Assembly (NCBI RefSeq): GCF_001194135.2
Contig: NC_068983.1
Coordinates: forward strand, 20,306,394-20,370,393
Direction of reading: 5' to 3'
Origin: Octopus bimaculoides
Taxonomy: Eukaryota
DNA length: 64,000 nucleotides
Under the pieces are notes generated by a model. That model saw nothing but the letters and a program-made list of their open reading frames with translations. It ran no database searches and was not told the origin of the DNA. Below are positions 22,218 to 34,892 of the stretch, one piece after another; position 1 is the first letter of the stretch; each line of letters begins with the position of its first letter. The position numbers and the translations under genes are program-made.

Positions 22218-23319
22218 GATGCAGGAACTAGCATAGTTATGAAGAAGTGCCTGGGAGTATTTTATCCGGCTCTGTTCATTTTGAGTAAAAAATCACCGTG
22301 AGATCAACTTTGGAGTCGAGAAATTAAAATACCAGTCAATTACTATGTCTTTTGTTTTTCATCCCTGAATGTGTCGGTGTATTGTTTATTTTGCTTCAAT
22401 CAGCCACACTGTGAAAGCGAGTACAATCCGCTATTTAAATCCTCAGATATTTTTCCTGGAAGTCTTTTCTCTGCAGACCAGCTCGCTCGCAGTGAGGATC
22501 TCCGTCTACAGTTCGTTTGTTATGAGTTCGTGGGCAGCGCCCTACACGCGCCCAATACTCTCTAGGCCACGTGACTTCACTTCAAATTTGAGCACGGGTG
22601 ACATTACACCGTCATGTGACCAACTCTGTCTCTGAGCAATGTGGTTGCAACGGTTGGAAATCCACCCTTGTGACTACTTATTTCCAGCTCTTCCTGCAAA
22701 GAAATATCAGTCACATATCTTTAATATCAAAACTTACCGTTTAAGAAATGAAAATACAAATGTGATAGCTTAGTTCATAGACACACAATGTTTGAATAAA
22801 AAAGATAAAAGGAAAAGACGATTGTCAGTGTCGGCACGCCTTTGTTCCCAGTTCTGCTCCATCTTTATTCTGGTGTTCGCTTAAATGGAGCACCGCCATA
22901 ACGTATTTTCTATCGGTTTTGTTGTCACTTTTTATTGCGGGAAGTTGATCTATGATTGAGTTTGCAGCAGCTGATCTTCTCTGAGTGCATCCTTGAATGC
23001 TGTCTTGAACTGTGGCCAAATAACAAGGAAAGAATAATTTGATGCTGGAGACATTGTCACCATCGTTGTCGCCCTCAATGTCATCAGTGTCGCCGTCGAC
23101 ATCATCATCGAAAGATTTGATATATTTTCTTGTTTATTTTTGTGTCTCATCTGAAAAAAATTCATTCATTTATTTATTTATTTTCATGTCTTATTTGTCC
23201 TTCTGTGTTTCACCTGCTCTTATTTTTTAGTAACCCAGTCACCTTCTCTCTTCATACCTAGCACTATATGTCATCTATAAAACCTGTATTTGTAATAAAA
23301 AGCTGATTATGTTCAAACC

Positions 23320-23650
23320 TCCCTCCCTCTCTTTCTCTCCCTCTCTCTTCCTCTCCATCTCTCTCCCTTTCCCACTCTCCCTCCCTTTCTCTCTCTCTCC
23401 TTATTCTCTTTCACCCTCTCCCTCTCTCTTCCGCTCTCCCCTCTCTTTCACTCTCTCTCCATATTCTCTTTCTCTCTCTCACTCTCTCCCTTACTTTCTC
23501 CTTCCCTCTCTCTCTTTCTCCCTCTCTCACTCTCTTCTCTCTCTCCCTCACCCTCTCTCTCTCTCTCTCACTCGCCCTCTTTCTCTCTCACTTTCCCTCT
23601 CTATCTCTCACTCTTTCTCTCTCACTTTCACTCTCTCCCTCTCGTTCTCT
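23320..23650. repeat. CT-rich low-complexity tract
   Basis: Degenerate (CT)n; gives the S/L-rich ORF artefact. Confidence 0.9.
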
Positions 23651-23979
23651 TGCACACGCGCACACATACACTGAACTACAAGACGCCCGTACTGTCACAC
23701 AGACATGCATGAACAAACATATATTAATCCAGCAGCGGGACGTTTTGGCCTTTGCCCCGCACTCCAAGCCTAACGATGTCACTGTGTTGATGTCCGGCTC
23801 GAATTTCTTTCGTTCGATATCCTTAGGGAAAAAACCAAACCAAAGATGGGTTGCCACAGAATTGACCTCTTTAGAATAAAGATTAGTAAGAGACGTTTAG
23901 TGTAGGGTTCACTGTAGCAGTTGAGAAGAGTTGAAGACAGAGAATGGGACTTGTTAATATGTAGGCTAGTATCAGGGTT

Positions 23980-24165
23980 ACTCTTTTACTTGTTTCAGTC
24001 ATTTGACTGTGGCCATGCTGGAGCACCGCCTTTAGTCGAGCAAATCGACCCCAGGACTTATTCTTTGTAAGCCTAGTACTCATTCTATCGGTCTCTTTTG
24101 CCGAACCGCTAAGGTTACGGGGACGTAAACACATCAGCATCGGTTGTCAAGCGATGCTGGGTGGA
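23980..24165 (-). mobile_element. SINE family B, 3' half (runs into gap)
   Basis: TTACTCTTTTACTTGTTTCAGTCATTTGACTGTGGCCATGCTGGAGCACC...; the gap 24166-24566 sits at the internal microsatellite. Confidence 0.9.
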
Positions 24166-24566
24166 NNNNNNNNNNNNNNNNNNNNNNNNNNNNNNNNNNN
24201 NNNNNNNNNNNNNNNNNNNNNNNNNNNNNNNNNNNNNNNNNNNNNNNNNNNNNNNNNNNNNNNNNNNNNNNNNNNNNNNNNNNNNNNNNNNNNNNNNNNN
24301 NNNNNNNNNNNNNNNNNNNNNNNNNNNNNNNNNNNNNNNNNNNNNNNNNNNNNNNNNNNNNNNNNNNNNNNNNNNNNNNNNNNNNNNNNNNNNNNNNNNN
24401 NNNNNNNNNNNNNNNNNNNNNNNNNNNNNNNNNNNNNNNNNNNNNNNNNNNNNNNNNNNNNNNNNNNNNNNNNNNNNNNNNNNNNNNNNNNNNNNNNNNN
24501 NNNNNNNNNNNNNNNNNNNNNNNNNNNNNNNNNNNNNNNNNNNNNNNNNNNNNNNNNNNNNNNNNN

Positions 24567-24606
<40 letters not shown>

Positions 24607-24666
24607 TACATACACGTGGCTGTAATTATGTATTTATGTATGTCTGTGTGCGCGTATGTATGTTTA

Positions 24667-24706
<40 letters not shown>

Positions 24707-25550
24707 TGAAAGCTTATTTGATACACATAATTATATATATATAAATTTGTATCTCTGTGTGTTTAATCTCACATGTATGAGTATATCTTTGTATGCGTGT
24801 GTAAACGTGTGATTAGTGTATTTGAATAATATATAAATTTAGTCACATCCATTACAACACATCATACACCTATATACATGTACCAATATGTGTGTTTCTG
24901 TGTAAATTTATATGTATATATGTGCTATGTGCATATATATGTTAATACGTGTGTGTGTGTGTGTGTGTGTGTGACTCAACACACACATACTCGCACAGAT
25001 GTAAATACATTTATGTATAAAAATGAATACGTATATGTGTCCGTGAGGATATGTGTATGGCTATATAACTATTATAATTGTTTCGGATTTCGATATTCAT
25101 GAGTTTCATGAGCGGACTGACATTTAATGTATTATACCCTGGAGGAAAAAGAATTATTATCAACATTCAATAAATTTCGCCTAAGGTTGACGTTTCAAGC
25201 AAACCTATCTGCAGTAAACTTCTTGTATGTCACGATCAGCTAAATATTCAAAACACACGAACTTTTAAGGGAACCAAACATCTCAACACATAGCTAAAAT
25301 GCGAAATCTAAGCAACCAACCAATTATAAAAACATCTCTGAAGTGACATCTAGTGGAATCTAGCTTAACTACGATCTACGCACATCAGATAACGTTCAAT
25401 AATATCCATAGTTTTTATAACGTTCAGTACCATAATGTTTATATAAATAGAAAATTGTTGGTTTTTTTAAACTTATGCCAGCCGTATTTGAAGAAATGCG
25501 TTCCAAATATGACCATTCTATTCATTTATTTCTAGTCAATTACGAGATGG

Positions 25551-26122
25551 GAATACATTAACCAGATATATCGGTTTTGTTTTGTTTTTTTTCAAGATGC
25601 TGTAGTAATGTTTAAGAGACTATTGGCTGTTGTTTAATTTAGACCAAGAGATTTGTTGGCACTCCATCGCTTTACGACATCGACGGTTCCAGTTGATCCA
25701 ATCAACGGAACAACCTGCTCGTGAAATTAGCGTGCAAGTGGCTGATCACTCCACAGACACGTGTACTCTTAACGTAGTTCTCGGGGATATTCAGCGTGAC
25801 ACAGTGTGACAAGGCTGACCCTTTGAATTACAGGCACAACAGAAACAGGAAGAAAGAATGAGAGAGAATTGTGGTGAAAGAGTACAGCAGGGTTCGCCAC
25901 CACCAACACCTGCCGGAGCCTCGTGGAGCTTTAGGTGTCTTCGCTCAATAAACACTCACAACGCCCGGTCTGGGAAACGAAACCGCGATCCTATAACCGC
26001 GAGTCTGCTGCCCTAACCACTAGGCCATTGCGCCTCCACCACCAAGAGATTAGGTTGAATACATTAACCAGATATGTCGGTTTTGTTTTTTGCTTTTTCA
26101 AGATGCTGTAGTAATGTTTGAG
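25551..26122 (+). repeat. Roughly 108-bp tandem duplication interrupted by SINE-C
   Basis: GAATACATTAACCAGATAT..CGGTTTTG..TTCAAGATGCTGTAGTAATGTTT occurs at 25551 and 26057; the second copy runs into the gap at 26123. Confidence 0.75.
25654..26037 (-). mobile_element. SINE family C, full length with TSD
   Basis: Full match to 51010-51380; TSD ACCAAGAGATT at 25643-25653 and 26041-26051. Confidence 0.93.
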
Positions 26123-27925
26123 NNNNNNNNNNNNNNNNNNNNNNNNNNNNNNNNNNNNNNNNNNNNNNNNNNNNNNNNNNNNNNNNNNNNNNNNNNNNNN
26201 NNNNNNNNNNNNNNNNNNNNNNNNNNNNNNNNNNNNNNNNNNNNNNNNNNNNNNNNNNNNNNNNNNNNNNNNNNNNNNNNNNNNNNNNNNNNNNNNNNNN
26301 NNNNNNNNNNNNNNNNNNNNNNNNNNNNNNNNNNNNNNNNNNNNNNNNNNNNNNNNNNNNNNNNNNNNNNNNNNNNNNNNNNNNNNNNNNNNNNNNNNNN
26401 NNNNNNNNNNNNNNNNNNNNNNNNNNNNNNNNNNNNNNNNNNNNNNNNNNNNNNNNNNNNNNNNNNNNNNNNNNNNNNNNNNNNNNNNNNNNNNNNNNNN
26501 NNNNNNNNNNNNNNNNNNNNNNNNNNNNNNNNNNNNNNNNNNNNNNNNNNNNNNNNNNNNNNNNNNNNNNNNNNNNNNNNNNNNNNNNNNNNNNNNNNNN
26601 NNNNNNNNNNNNNNNNNNNNNNNNNNNNNNNNNNNNNNNNNNNNNNNNNNNNNNNNNNNNNNNNNNNNNNNNNNNNNNNNNNNNNNNNNNNNNNNNNNNN
26701 CCCCCCCCCCACACACACACACACAAAAGCATGTATTTTATTGGAGCTGAAAAGATTTCAAAATTTATTACTCATAGTTTCACGTAAGCGATCATCAGAC
26801 AGTCGTTAATATTTAGAATAATTCTGTGATTTATAAATGCTTATAATCAGTGCAATGAGAATTATTTAGTAAGTCATCGAGTAAACATCTAAAGTCAGCG
26901 AGTAAACATTGGAAGCTGATTGGACTAGGCATTAAAAACTTTCAAAATAACAGGAATCAGTTGAATAAAAAAAAAAACCGATTAGCTTAACTGAAAAACA
27001 TGAACATTAAAGGCGAGTCGAAATTATATTAAAAATTAATAACTGGATGACGCAAATCGTCTATTTACGTGGAGATAGGTATTAATAAATACAGTGATGG
27101 AAAAATGTCCTTTTAGAGACGAAGAGTTGACTATGCTGTAAGGGATAATATTAATAATTCAGACAAGGACGAATGAGTGTCCTGTAAAACAAAAAGTACA
27201 TGTAAAAACTAGATAAATAATCTATGAAGAAAGTGGATGGCTGGCTGACTGGATGGATGGCTGATATATGATAGAAAAGGAGGGAGAAGGAAAAGACAAG
27301 GAAAATAAAAGAGAAAAAGTGAAAAGAAATAGAAACAAGATACTAGATGTCACAATTGTAAACATGTACTTAATGCATACGTAACTAGAAAGACAAATCC
27401 GTATTTACTTTAGTATATTAGTGTCTGTACATAATTAATGCTCAGGTGCATTATCCGCGACTCTACCTTGGTGCCTTTGTTATTTAAATACCTTGATTCT
27501 ATCGGATCTTGATAATGATATATATATTTTCAATTTGTTTATAAGAAACTTTTAAATATGCAAATACAGCCCTTATTCTATTATGCTGACTAGTGAACCA
27601 GTTTTTCGGAGTTGCATTGAGCTGCACCGATATAATGTAGGATGAATATAATAATAATAACAATAATCCTTGGATAGATTTTATGAACATTTAATGCATC
27701 GCTGCGTGCGTTTCCATAATTCACATGTCTCTTAAGATCACAGTCCGTATTGAACTTGGATCTTAATCCGTACTGTGATCTTAAAGGACAAGTGATTTTT
27801 GGAAACGTACGAGGCGATGTATTAAATGTTTATAAATTATTTTATATATTGTTATTTTATATGATCATTTGCATGTATGTATATCATTCACTGTATCGAC
27901 TTATTATTGCCAAAGACGCATTATT

Positions 27926-28196
27926 GGCTGTTGTTGTACACCACTGGTGACAATGCACTTCTGCGCATTGTTGTAGCTTTCGAATGATGCCAGTCCACTG
28001 GTGTGGCGGAACAGACCAATATTCTCCCTTAACGGAACGACAATCCGTCGCAGGTATTACATATTTACATCTGAGTAGAATAGAACAACGTGAAATAAAG
28101 TGTTCTCCTCAAGAATACAATATCTGTCTAGAAATCGAAATCACAATCTTGCGATCGTGAGTGCAACATCCTAAGCACTAGGCCACGCGCCTTCAC
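27926..28196 (-). mobile_element. SINE family G (tRNA-derived; shares core with D)
   Basis: Reverse complement head GGCGCGTGGCCTAGTGCTTAGGATGTTGCACTCACGATCGCAAG; core CACTTTATTTCACGTTG; tail ACAACAATG..GTGCATTGTCACCAG matches 51612-51890. Confidence 0.75.
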
Positions 28197-29094
28197 TGTG
28201 AGATATATATATATATATATATGTTATTTTACTCTTATTAATGTAGCCAGGCTCAGAATTGGGTCCTGGAGCAGTTAATAAACGTAGTTCCCTCCGTTCC
28301 CTCACTGGAGGGAGAGACGGAGGAAGTCGAGGAGCCTCCTCGAAGAAAGGAAAAAAAAGAAAGAAGGTGGGCAACAATGTTTGCCCACCGAAGGCTGCGG
28401 GGGACGAGGAGGACCTTCCGGTTAAGCCGGAAGTGCCACTACTCCTGTGCCCCCCCCCTACAAAAAAAAGAAAAAAGTACGGGACACGGTCGGCGCCTGA
28501 TANNNNNNNNNNNNNNNNNNNNNNNNNNNNNNNNNNNNNNNNNNNNNNNNNNNNNNNNNNNNNNNNNNNNNNNNNNNNNNNNNNNNNNNNNNNNNNNNNN
28601 NNNNNNNNNNNNNNNNNNNNNNNNNNNNNNNNNNNNNNNNNNNNNNNNNNNNNNNNNNNNNNNNNNNNNNNNNNNNNNNNNNNNNNNNNNNNNNNNNNNN
28701 NNNNNNNNNNNNNNNNNNNNNNNNNNNNNNNNNNNNNNNNNNNNNNNNNNNNNNNNNNNNNNNNNNNNNNNNNNNNNNNNNNNNNNNNNNNNNNNNNNNN
28801 NNNNNNNNNNNNNNNNNNNNNNNNNNNNNNNNNNNNNNNNNNNNNNNNNNNNNNNNNNNNNNNNNNNNNNNNNNNNNNNNNNNNNNNNNNNNNNNNNNNN
28901 NNNNNNNNNNNNNNNNNNNNNNNNNNNNNNNNNNNNNNNNNNNNNNNNNNNNNNNNNNNNNNNNNNNNNNNNNNNNNNNNNNNNNNNNNNNNNNNNNNNN
29001 NNNNNNNNNNNNNNNNNNNNNNNNNNNNNNNNNNNNNNNNNNNNNNNNNNNNNNNNNNNTGTGTACTGCCCTCGTGTCTAATTTAATGAATAAA

Positions 29095-29468
29095 AGTAGT
29101 TTGCTTACCAACCACATGGTTCTGGGTTCAGTCCCACTGCGTGGCACCTTGGGCAAGTGTCTTCTACTATAGCCTCGGGCCGATCAAAGCCTTGTGAGTG
29201 GATTTGTTAGACGGAAACTGAAAGAAGCCCGTCGTATATATATATATGTATGTATGTGTGTGCATATGTTTGTGTGTTTGTGTTTGCCAACCCCCAGCAT
29301 CGCTTGACAACCGATGATGGTGTGTTTACGTCCCCGTAACTTACCGGTTCGGCAAAAAAAGACCGATAGAAGAAGTACCAGGCTTACAAAGAATAAGTCC
29401 TGGGGGTCGATTTGCTCCAGCATGGCCACAGTCAAATAACTGAAACAAGTAAAAGAGTGAAAGAGAAT
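29095..29468 (+). mobile_element. SINE family B, slightly 5'-truncated
   Basis: TTGCTTACCAACCACATGGTTCTGGGTTCAGTCCCACTGCGTGGCACCTTGGGCAAG...GAAACAAGTAAAAGAG. Confidence 0.9.
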
Positions 29469-29852
29469 ATTTAAAAGATTACATTAAAAAATGTCTAATC
29501 AACAAAAATATTACTTCCAATAACCAACAATCCTTAAAAACACTCGAGACGAAAACATCGTATTCAAAACAGCGTGAAAACTTTCAATAGCAATGAAATG
29601 ACTACAGAAGAAAATTGCGGTATTAAGAAATAAAACTCCTCTGAAATGTGTCCTACTCATTTACCATCTAATATAGGACCGATGTATTATCAATCGCTCC
29701 ACTGATTCTTTACACTGGTGCCAAATAACTTCTCTTCTCTCTTATGGGTGATTTCACTCAAGCTGGCCTTGGCACCATCAAATAACCAGGCTCTCAACCT
29801 GCATCAGCAAATTCTAAAGATTTGACAAATATAAAACTAAGCTAAACTATGA

Positions 29853-30070
29853 TTTCAAATTTTGGCACAGGGCCAGTAATTTTGGGGGAGGGGTAAGTCG
29901 ATTGCATCGAGCTCCGTGTTCAACTGCTACTTATTTCATCGCCCCTCACCCCAAAAAAAGGATGAAGGGCAAATTCGACCCCGGCGGCATTTTAACTCAG
30001 AATGTGAATACGGACGAAATGCTGCTAAGCTTTTTGTCCGGCGTATTAATGATTCCGCCAGATCGCCTAA
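29853..30070 (-). mobile_element. SINE family A
   Basis: GATTTCAAATTTTGGCACAGGGCC tail through to the head. Confidence 0.8.
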
Positions 30071-30249
30071 ACGATAACTCCCAGCAATGGCTTCGTTAAG
30101 AACACTTGACAAACATTGAAAACATACGAGTCGAAAAAATATTCACTTCTGAATAATAGGTAAAGTTTCACCAACTAACAACCGGTTGCAGAAGAGAATT
30201 AGGCCATTAACGTATCGTACTCATGTCAGAAGAGTTTTACTCATTTATC

Positions 30250-30670
30250 TTTCCTTTTAGTTCTTACTTATTTCGGTCATTGGACTAAGGTCATGCTGGG
30301 GCACCACCTTGAAATGATTTAGCAGAACTAATCGACCCTAGTCTTTTTATTTAATTTTTTTAAAGTCTGGTACTTTTTCTCTCGTTTGCTTTTTGCCGAA
30401 CAACTATGGTACAGGGACATCATTGAAACAGCACCGGTTGTCAAGCAGTTCTGGGAGACAAACTAAAAAAAACACGCACATACAAACTAGTAAGGTTTTT
30501 TTTTTTTTAGTTTCTTTTTCATCTATCAAATGAACACAAAAGGTTTAGGTCGGCCAAGAGGCTATAATAGATGATACTTGCCCAATGTGCTGTACAGTGA
30601 GACTGGAGCCAGAACCAGTCCTACTATGTGGTTGGGAAGCAAACTTCCTACCACACAGGCAAGCCAACAC
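30250..30670 (-). mobile_element. SINE family B, diverged
   Basis: TTTCGGTCATTGGACT..CATGCTGGGGCACC...GTCGGCCAAGAGGCTATAA..CTTGCCCAA..ACCACACAGGC. Confidence 0.75.
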
Positions 30671-31244
30671 CTGTACAACCACGACTTCACCAACAAATGA
30701 CTACTACAGCTTCACTAATCGTTCTACTTATTCTTCACAATACGTCACATATCTGGGGGAGATTCTACAAAAACTATATTGATTGATCCCATTGGCATTC
30801 ACGCATTCATTTAAACAACATCGACGATTTAGAAACCTTAATAATTTTGATAATAATTATCAGTATTCCAGACAGACATCGTTGCAACCATAAATGAAAT
30901 TCAACGTCGCTCTGTAGTAGGTACCGATAGGTTTCCTGTTAATATCCTGGGCAATTGAAGACTGTATCCACTTTAACTAATGTGTAGAGTTGGCATTGGA
31001 AAAGCTTTCTTGAGACATGGCTCATCAACAACCAAACCGCACTACTTAAAACCGAAGGTACATTAAACGTGGCATTCAGAAAGTCTTGCGGTTAGGCATG
31101 TTGCCCACGACTGATCTAGAGAAAACCGCCTGTAATATGATATATTCCTAAATATCTTCTAGCTTAACGTCATCTCAGTTTCCAAAAAGAGAAATAAGCA
31201 ACTTAAAGGAAATTCTCGGTCGATCGATCTCAGGCTACCTGTTA

Positions 31245-31552
31245 TTGTTGTTGGCACTCCGTCGCTTACGACGTCGAGGGTTCCTGTTGATCCGATCAAC
31301 AGAACAGCCTGCTCGTGAAATTAACGTGCAAGTGGCTGAGCACTCCACAGACACGTGTACCCTTAACGTAGTTCTCGGGGATATTCAGCGTGACACAGTG
31401 TGACAAGGCTGACCCTTTGAATTACAGGCACTACAGAAACAGGAAGAAAGAGTGAGAGAAAGTTGTGGTGAAAGAGTACAGCAGGGTTCGCCACCATCCC
31501 CTGCCGGAGCCTCGTGGAGCTTTAGGTGTTTTCGCTCAATAAACACTCATAA
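31245..31552 (-). mobile_element. SINE family C (head lost in gap)
   Basis: Nearly identical to the reverse complement of 51080-51380. Confidence 0.92.
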
Positions 31553-31997
31553 NNNNNNNNNNNNNNNNNNNNNNNNNNNNNNNNNNNNNNNNNNNNNNNN
31601 NNNNNNNNNNNNNNNNNNNNNNNNNNNNNNNNNNNNNNNNNNNNNNNNNNNNNNNNNNNNNNNNNNNNNNNNNNNNNNNNNNNNNNNNNNNNNNNNNNNN
31701 NNNNNNNNNNNNNNNNNNNNNNNNNNNNNNNNNNNNNNNNNNNNNNNNNNNNNNNNNNNNNNNNNNNNNNNNNNNNNNNNNNNNNNNNNNNNNNNNNNNN
31801 NNNNNNNNNNNNNNNNNNNNNNNNNNNNNNNNNNNNNNNNNNNNNNNNNNNNNNNNNNNNNNNNNNNNNNNNNNNNNNNNNNNNNNNNNNNNNNNNNNNN
31901 NNNNNNNNNNNNNNNNNNNNNNNNNNNNNNNNNNNNNNNNNNNNNNNNNNNNNNNNNNNNNNNNNNNNNNNNNNNNNNNNNNNNNNNNNNNNNNNNA

Positions 31998-32260
31998 GTA
32001 CGCAACTGATACTTAATTTATCAACGCTAAAAGGATGAAAGGCAAAGTCGACCTGGGCGGAAATTAAAAATCAGAACGCAAAGACAGACGAAATGCCGTT
32101 AAGCATTTCGTCCCGCGTGCTAACGTTTCTTATTTCTTTATTGTCCACAAGGGGCTAAACATAGAGAGGACAAACAAAGGGATTAAGTCGATTACATCGA
32201 CCCCGGTGCGTAACTGGTACTTCATTTATCGACCCCGAAAGGAGGAAAGGCAAAGTCGAC
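31998..32260 (-). mobile_element. SINE-A dimer (long-tail monomer joined to a headless monomer)
   Basis: Plus strand GCTAACGTTTC|TTATTTCTTTATTGTCCACAAGGGGCTAAACATAGAG; junction at about 32129. Confidence 0.85.
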
Positions 32261-32567
32261 CATATATATATATATATATATTATGTTCATAAGGAAACAG
32301 TTGACAATAATTTCGAATCCAACTCTGCCAAATTTCAAAGTCACAGTCAATTTTTCCTCGTAAAGATAAATATATGAGAATTATAATCAATTAGTGTTGC
32401 TTTTTAATGTGTGTGTGTGTGTGTGCGTGAATACACACGTTTGTGTGCGTATACAAATATATATATGCGTTGTGTATATGTATGTAGACATATAGATGAA
32501 TATAGATATATACATGTATGATTGAATATATACGAATAAGATGTATATATATGTATGAATGAAGATG

Positions 32568-32641
<74 letters not shown>

Positions 32642-32644
32642 AAT

Positions 32645-32792
32645 TAATCGGTTGCCATAATAAAACTCCGAGTTTTGGATGTCGGGGCGGAAATCTGCTG
32701 CGGAATCTCGTCAGTTTTTGTCTGACGAGATGCCGGAGCAGATTTCCACTCCAACATCCGAAACTCGGAGTTTTAATCATGCCAACCGAATA
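32645..32792. mobile_element. Palindromic (foldback) MITE, mariner-like ends
   Basis: Arms 32645-32714 and 32722-32792 are reverse complements with about 9 substitutions and one indel around a 7-nt loop TTTTTGT. TA at both ends; terminus TA-TTCGGTTGG resembles the mariner TA-TTAGGTTGG. Confidence 0.8.
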
Positions 32793-32879
32793 ATTGTCAC
32801 ATATTATATTACAGATAAATTCCTCAATTTACATACTATCGAGGTCTCATTCATTTTTTTGTTGTCATATAATTGCTAT

Positions 32880-33909
32880 TAATATAAATATATATATATA
32901 TATATATGTATATGTGTGTGTGTGCACATATATTCATATATGTGTGTGTATACGTATAAATATGTATATATATATATATATATATGTGTGTGTATATTAA
33001 TATATATATTTTTGTGTATATATATTCATATATATGTGTATATATGTATGCATATATGTATATACATATGTGCGTATATATATTATATATGTGTGTATAT
33101 ACATATATGTATATATATATATGTGTGTATATATATATGTGTGTGTGTGTGTGTGTGGATATATATATAACTATAAAGTTATGCACATATATGTACACGC
33201 ACACGTATTTAAACTTACACATCAACATACATGAGTATATACATCGATACTTGTGGATAGGTGTGAAGTGTATATATGTGTGGTTATGTAAATGGATATC
33301 AATCTATGTTTGTTTATAAAGATGTGTGTATTTTGATGTGCGTATAAATTTGCGAGTATATATATAAAAGCATGTAAAAAATATATGTGTTTATAAAAAT
33401 ACTTAGGTGCCTGTCTGCGCGTGTATGTTTTCAAACATTTTAAAATTGTTTCCGCTAAACAAAACAGGAATTAATATTCCTTGATATTGCGCCCTCTTTT
33501 AATATGCTCCAAGCAAATTAATAGCTTCATTATTCACGCCTAATATTTATTACCAATATTGATATAGTATCGCATTTATATAAGTTGATTTTAAATAAAA
33601 TTTTTAGATTTTACTTAGAAGTTTCACGCTCTCTTGTAATGTATTTTACGATTGGAAACGTCATAAAATATTTTATCTACATTTTCACAACGTTCCTATC
33701 TTTCAAGTATAATTTTTCGATTTTACTGCTTTGAATATAATCATTTACCTTCTCGCATAATGATTCTCACTCTTTCTTTCTCTTTTTCCGCCTCTGTCAA
33801 CATCAAACGATATATTTTCAACGTGGGAATATAAAAGCAAGAACTTATTGCCGAAAGAATAATGCGTGTGCGTTTATATGTGTATGTGTGTCTATGTATA
33901 TTCACGCCA

Positions 33910-33966
<57 letters not shown>

Positions 33967-34445
33967 NNNNNNNNNNNNNNNNNNNNNNNNNNNNNNNNNN
34001 NNNNNNNNNNNNNNNNNNNNNNNNNNNNNNNNNNNNNNNNNNNNNNNNNNNNNNNNNNNNNNNNNNNNNNNNNNNNNNNNNNNNNNNNNNNNNNNNNNNN
34101 NNNNNNNNNNNNNNNNNNNNNNNNNNNNNNNNNNNNNNNNNNNNNNNNNNNNNNNNNNNNNNNNNNNNNNNNNNNNNNNNNNNNNNNNNNNNNNNNNNNN
34201 NNNNNNNNNNNNNNNNNNNNNNNNNNNNNNNNNNNNNNNNNNNNNNNNNNNNNNNNNNNNNNNNNNNNNNNNNNNNNNNNNNNNNNNNNNNNNNNNNNNN
34301 NNNNNNNNNNNNNNNNNNNNNNNNNNNNNNNNNNNNNNNNNNNNNNNNNNNNNNNNNNNNNNNNNNNNNNNNNNNNNNNNNNNNNNNNNNNNNNNNNNNN
34401 NNNNNNNNNNNNNNNNNNNNNNNNNNNNNNNNNNNNNNNNNNNNN

Positions 34446-34480
<35 letters not shown>

Positions 34481-34706
34481 GTATATATGCAGATATATAT
34501 AATGTGTATATATGTATGTATATATGTATCTATATATATATATGTATATATGAATGTGAATATATATATGTATATATATATATACATAAAGATATATACA
34601 TATGTATATGTATGTGAATACATATATGTATGTATATATTTGTATACATGCATGTATATATGTTTGTATATTTATACATATATATATCTATGTATATATA
34701 TGTAAG

Positions 34707-34798
<92 letters not shown>

Positions 34799-34890
34799 TA
34801 CATATGTATTTATGTATGTATATATATGTATACATGTATATATAGAAATACACATATATATATATATATGCATGTCTATTTATATTTATA
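32880..34890. repeat. Degenerate TA/TG low-complexity field with a gap
   Basis: Degenerate TA/TG runs at about 32880-33430 and 33860-34890, with a gap at about 33967-34445. Confidence 0.85.
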
Positions 34891-34892
34891 TA

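Noticed and set aside
1545-22948. A multi-exon plus-strand gene model that can be phased through 1545, 5369, 10148, 10502, 17370, 18305, 22404 and 22852
   Set aside because: Two of its best exons are SINE-derived, several splice sites are weak, and the product resembles no known family. Phase compatibility alone is expected by chance.
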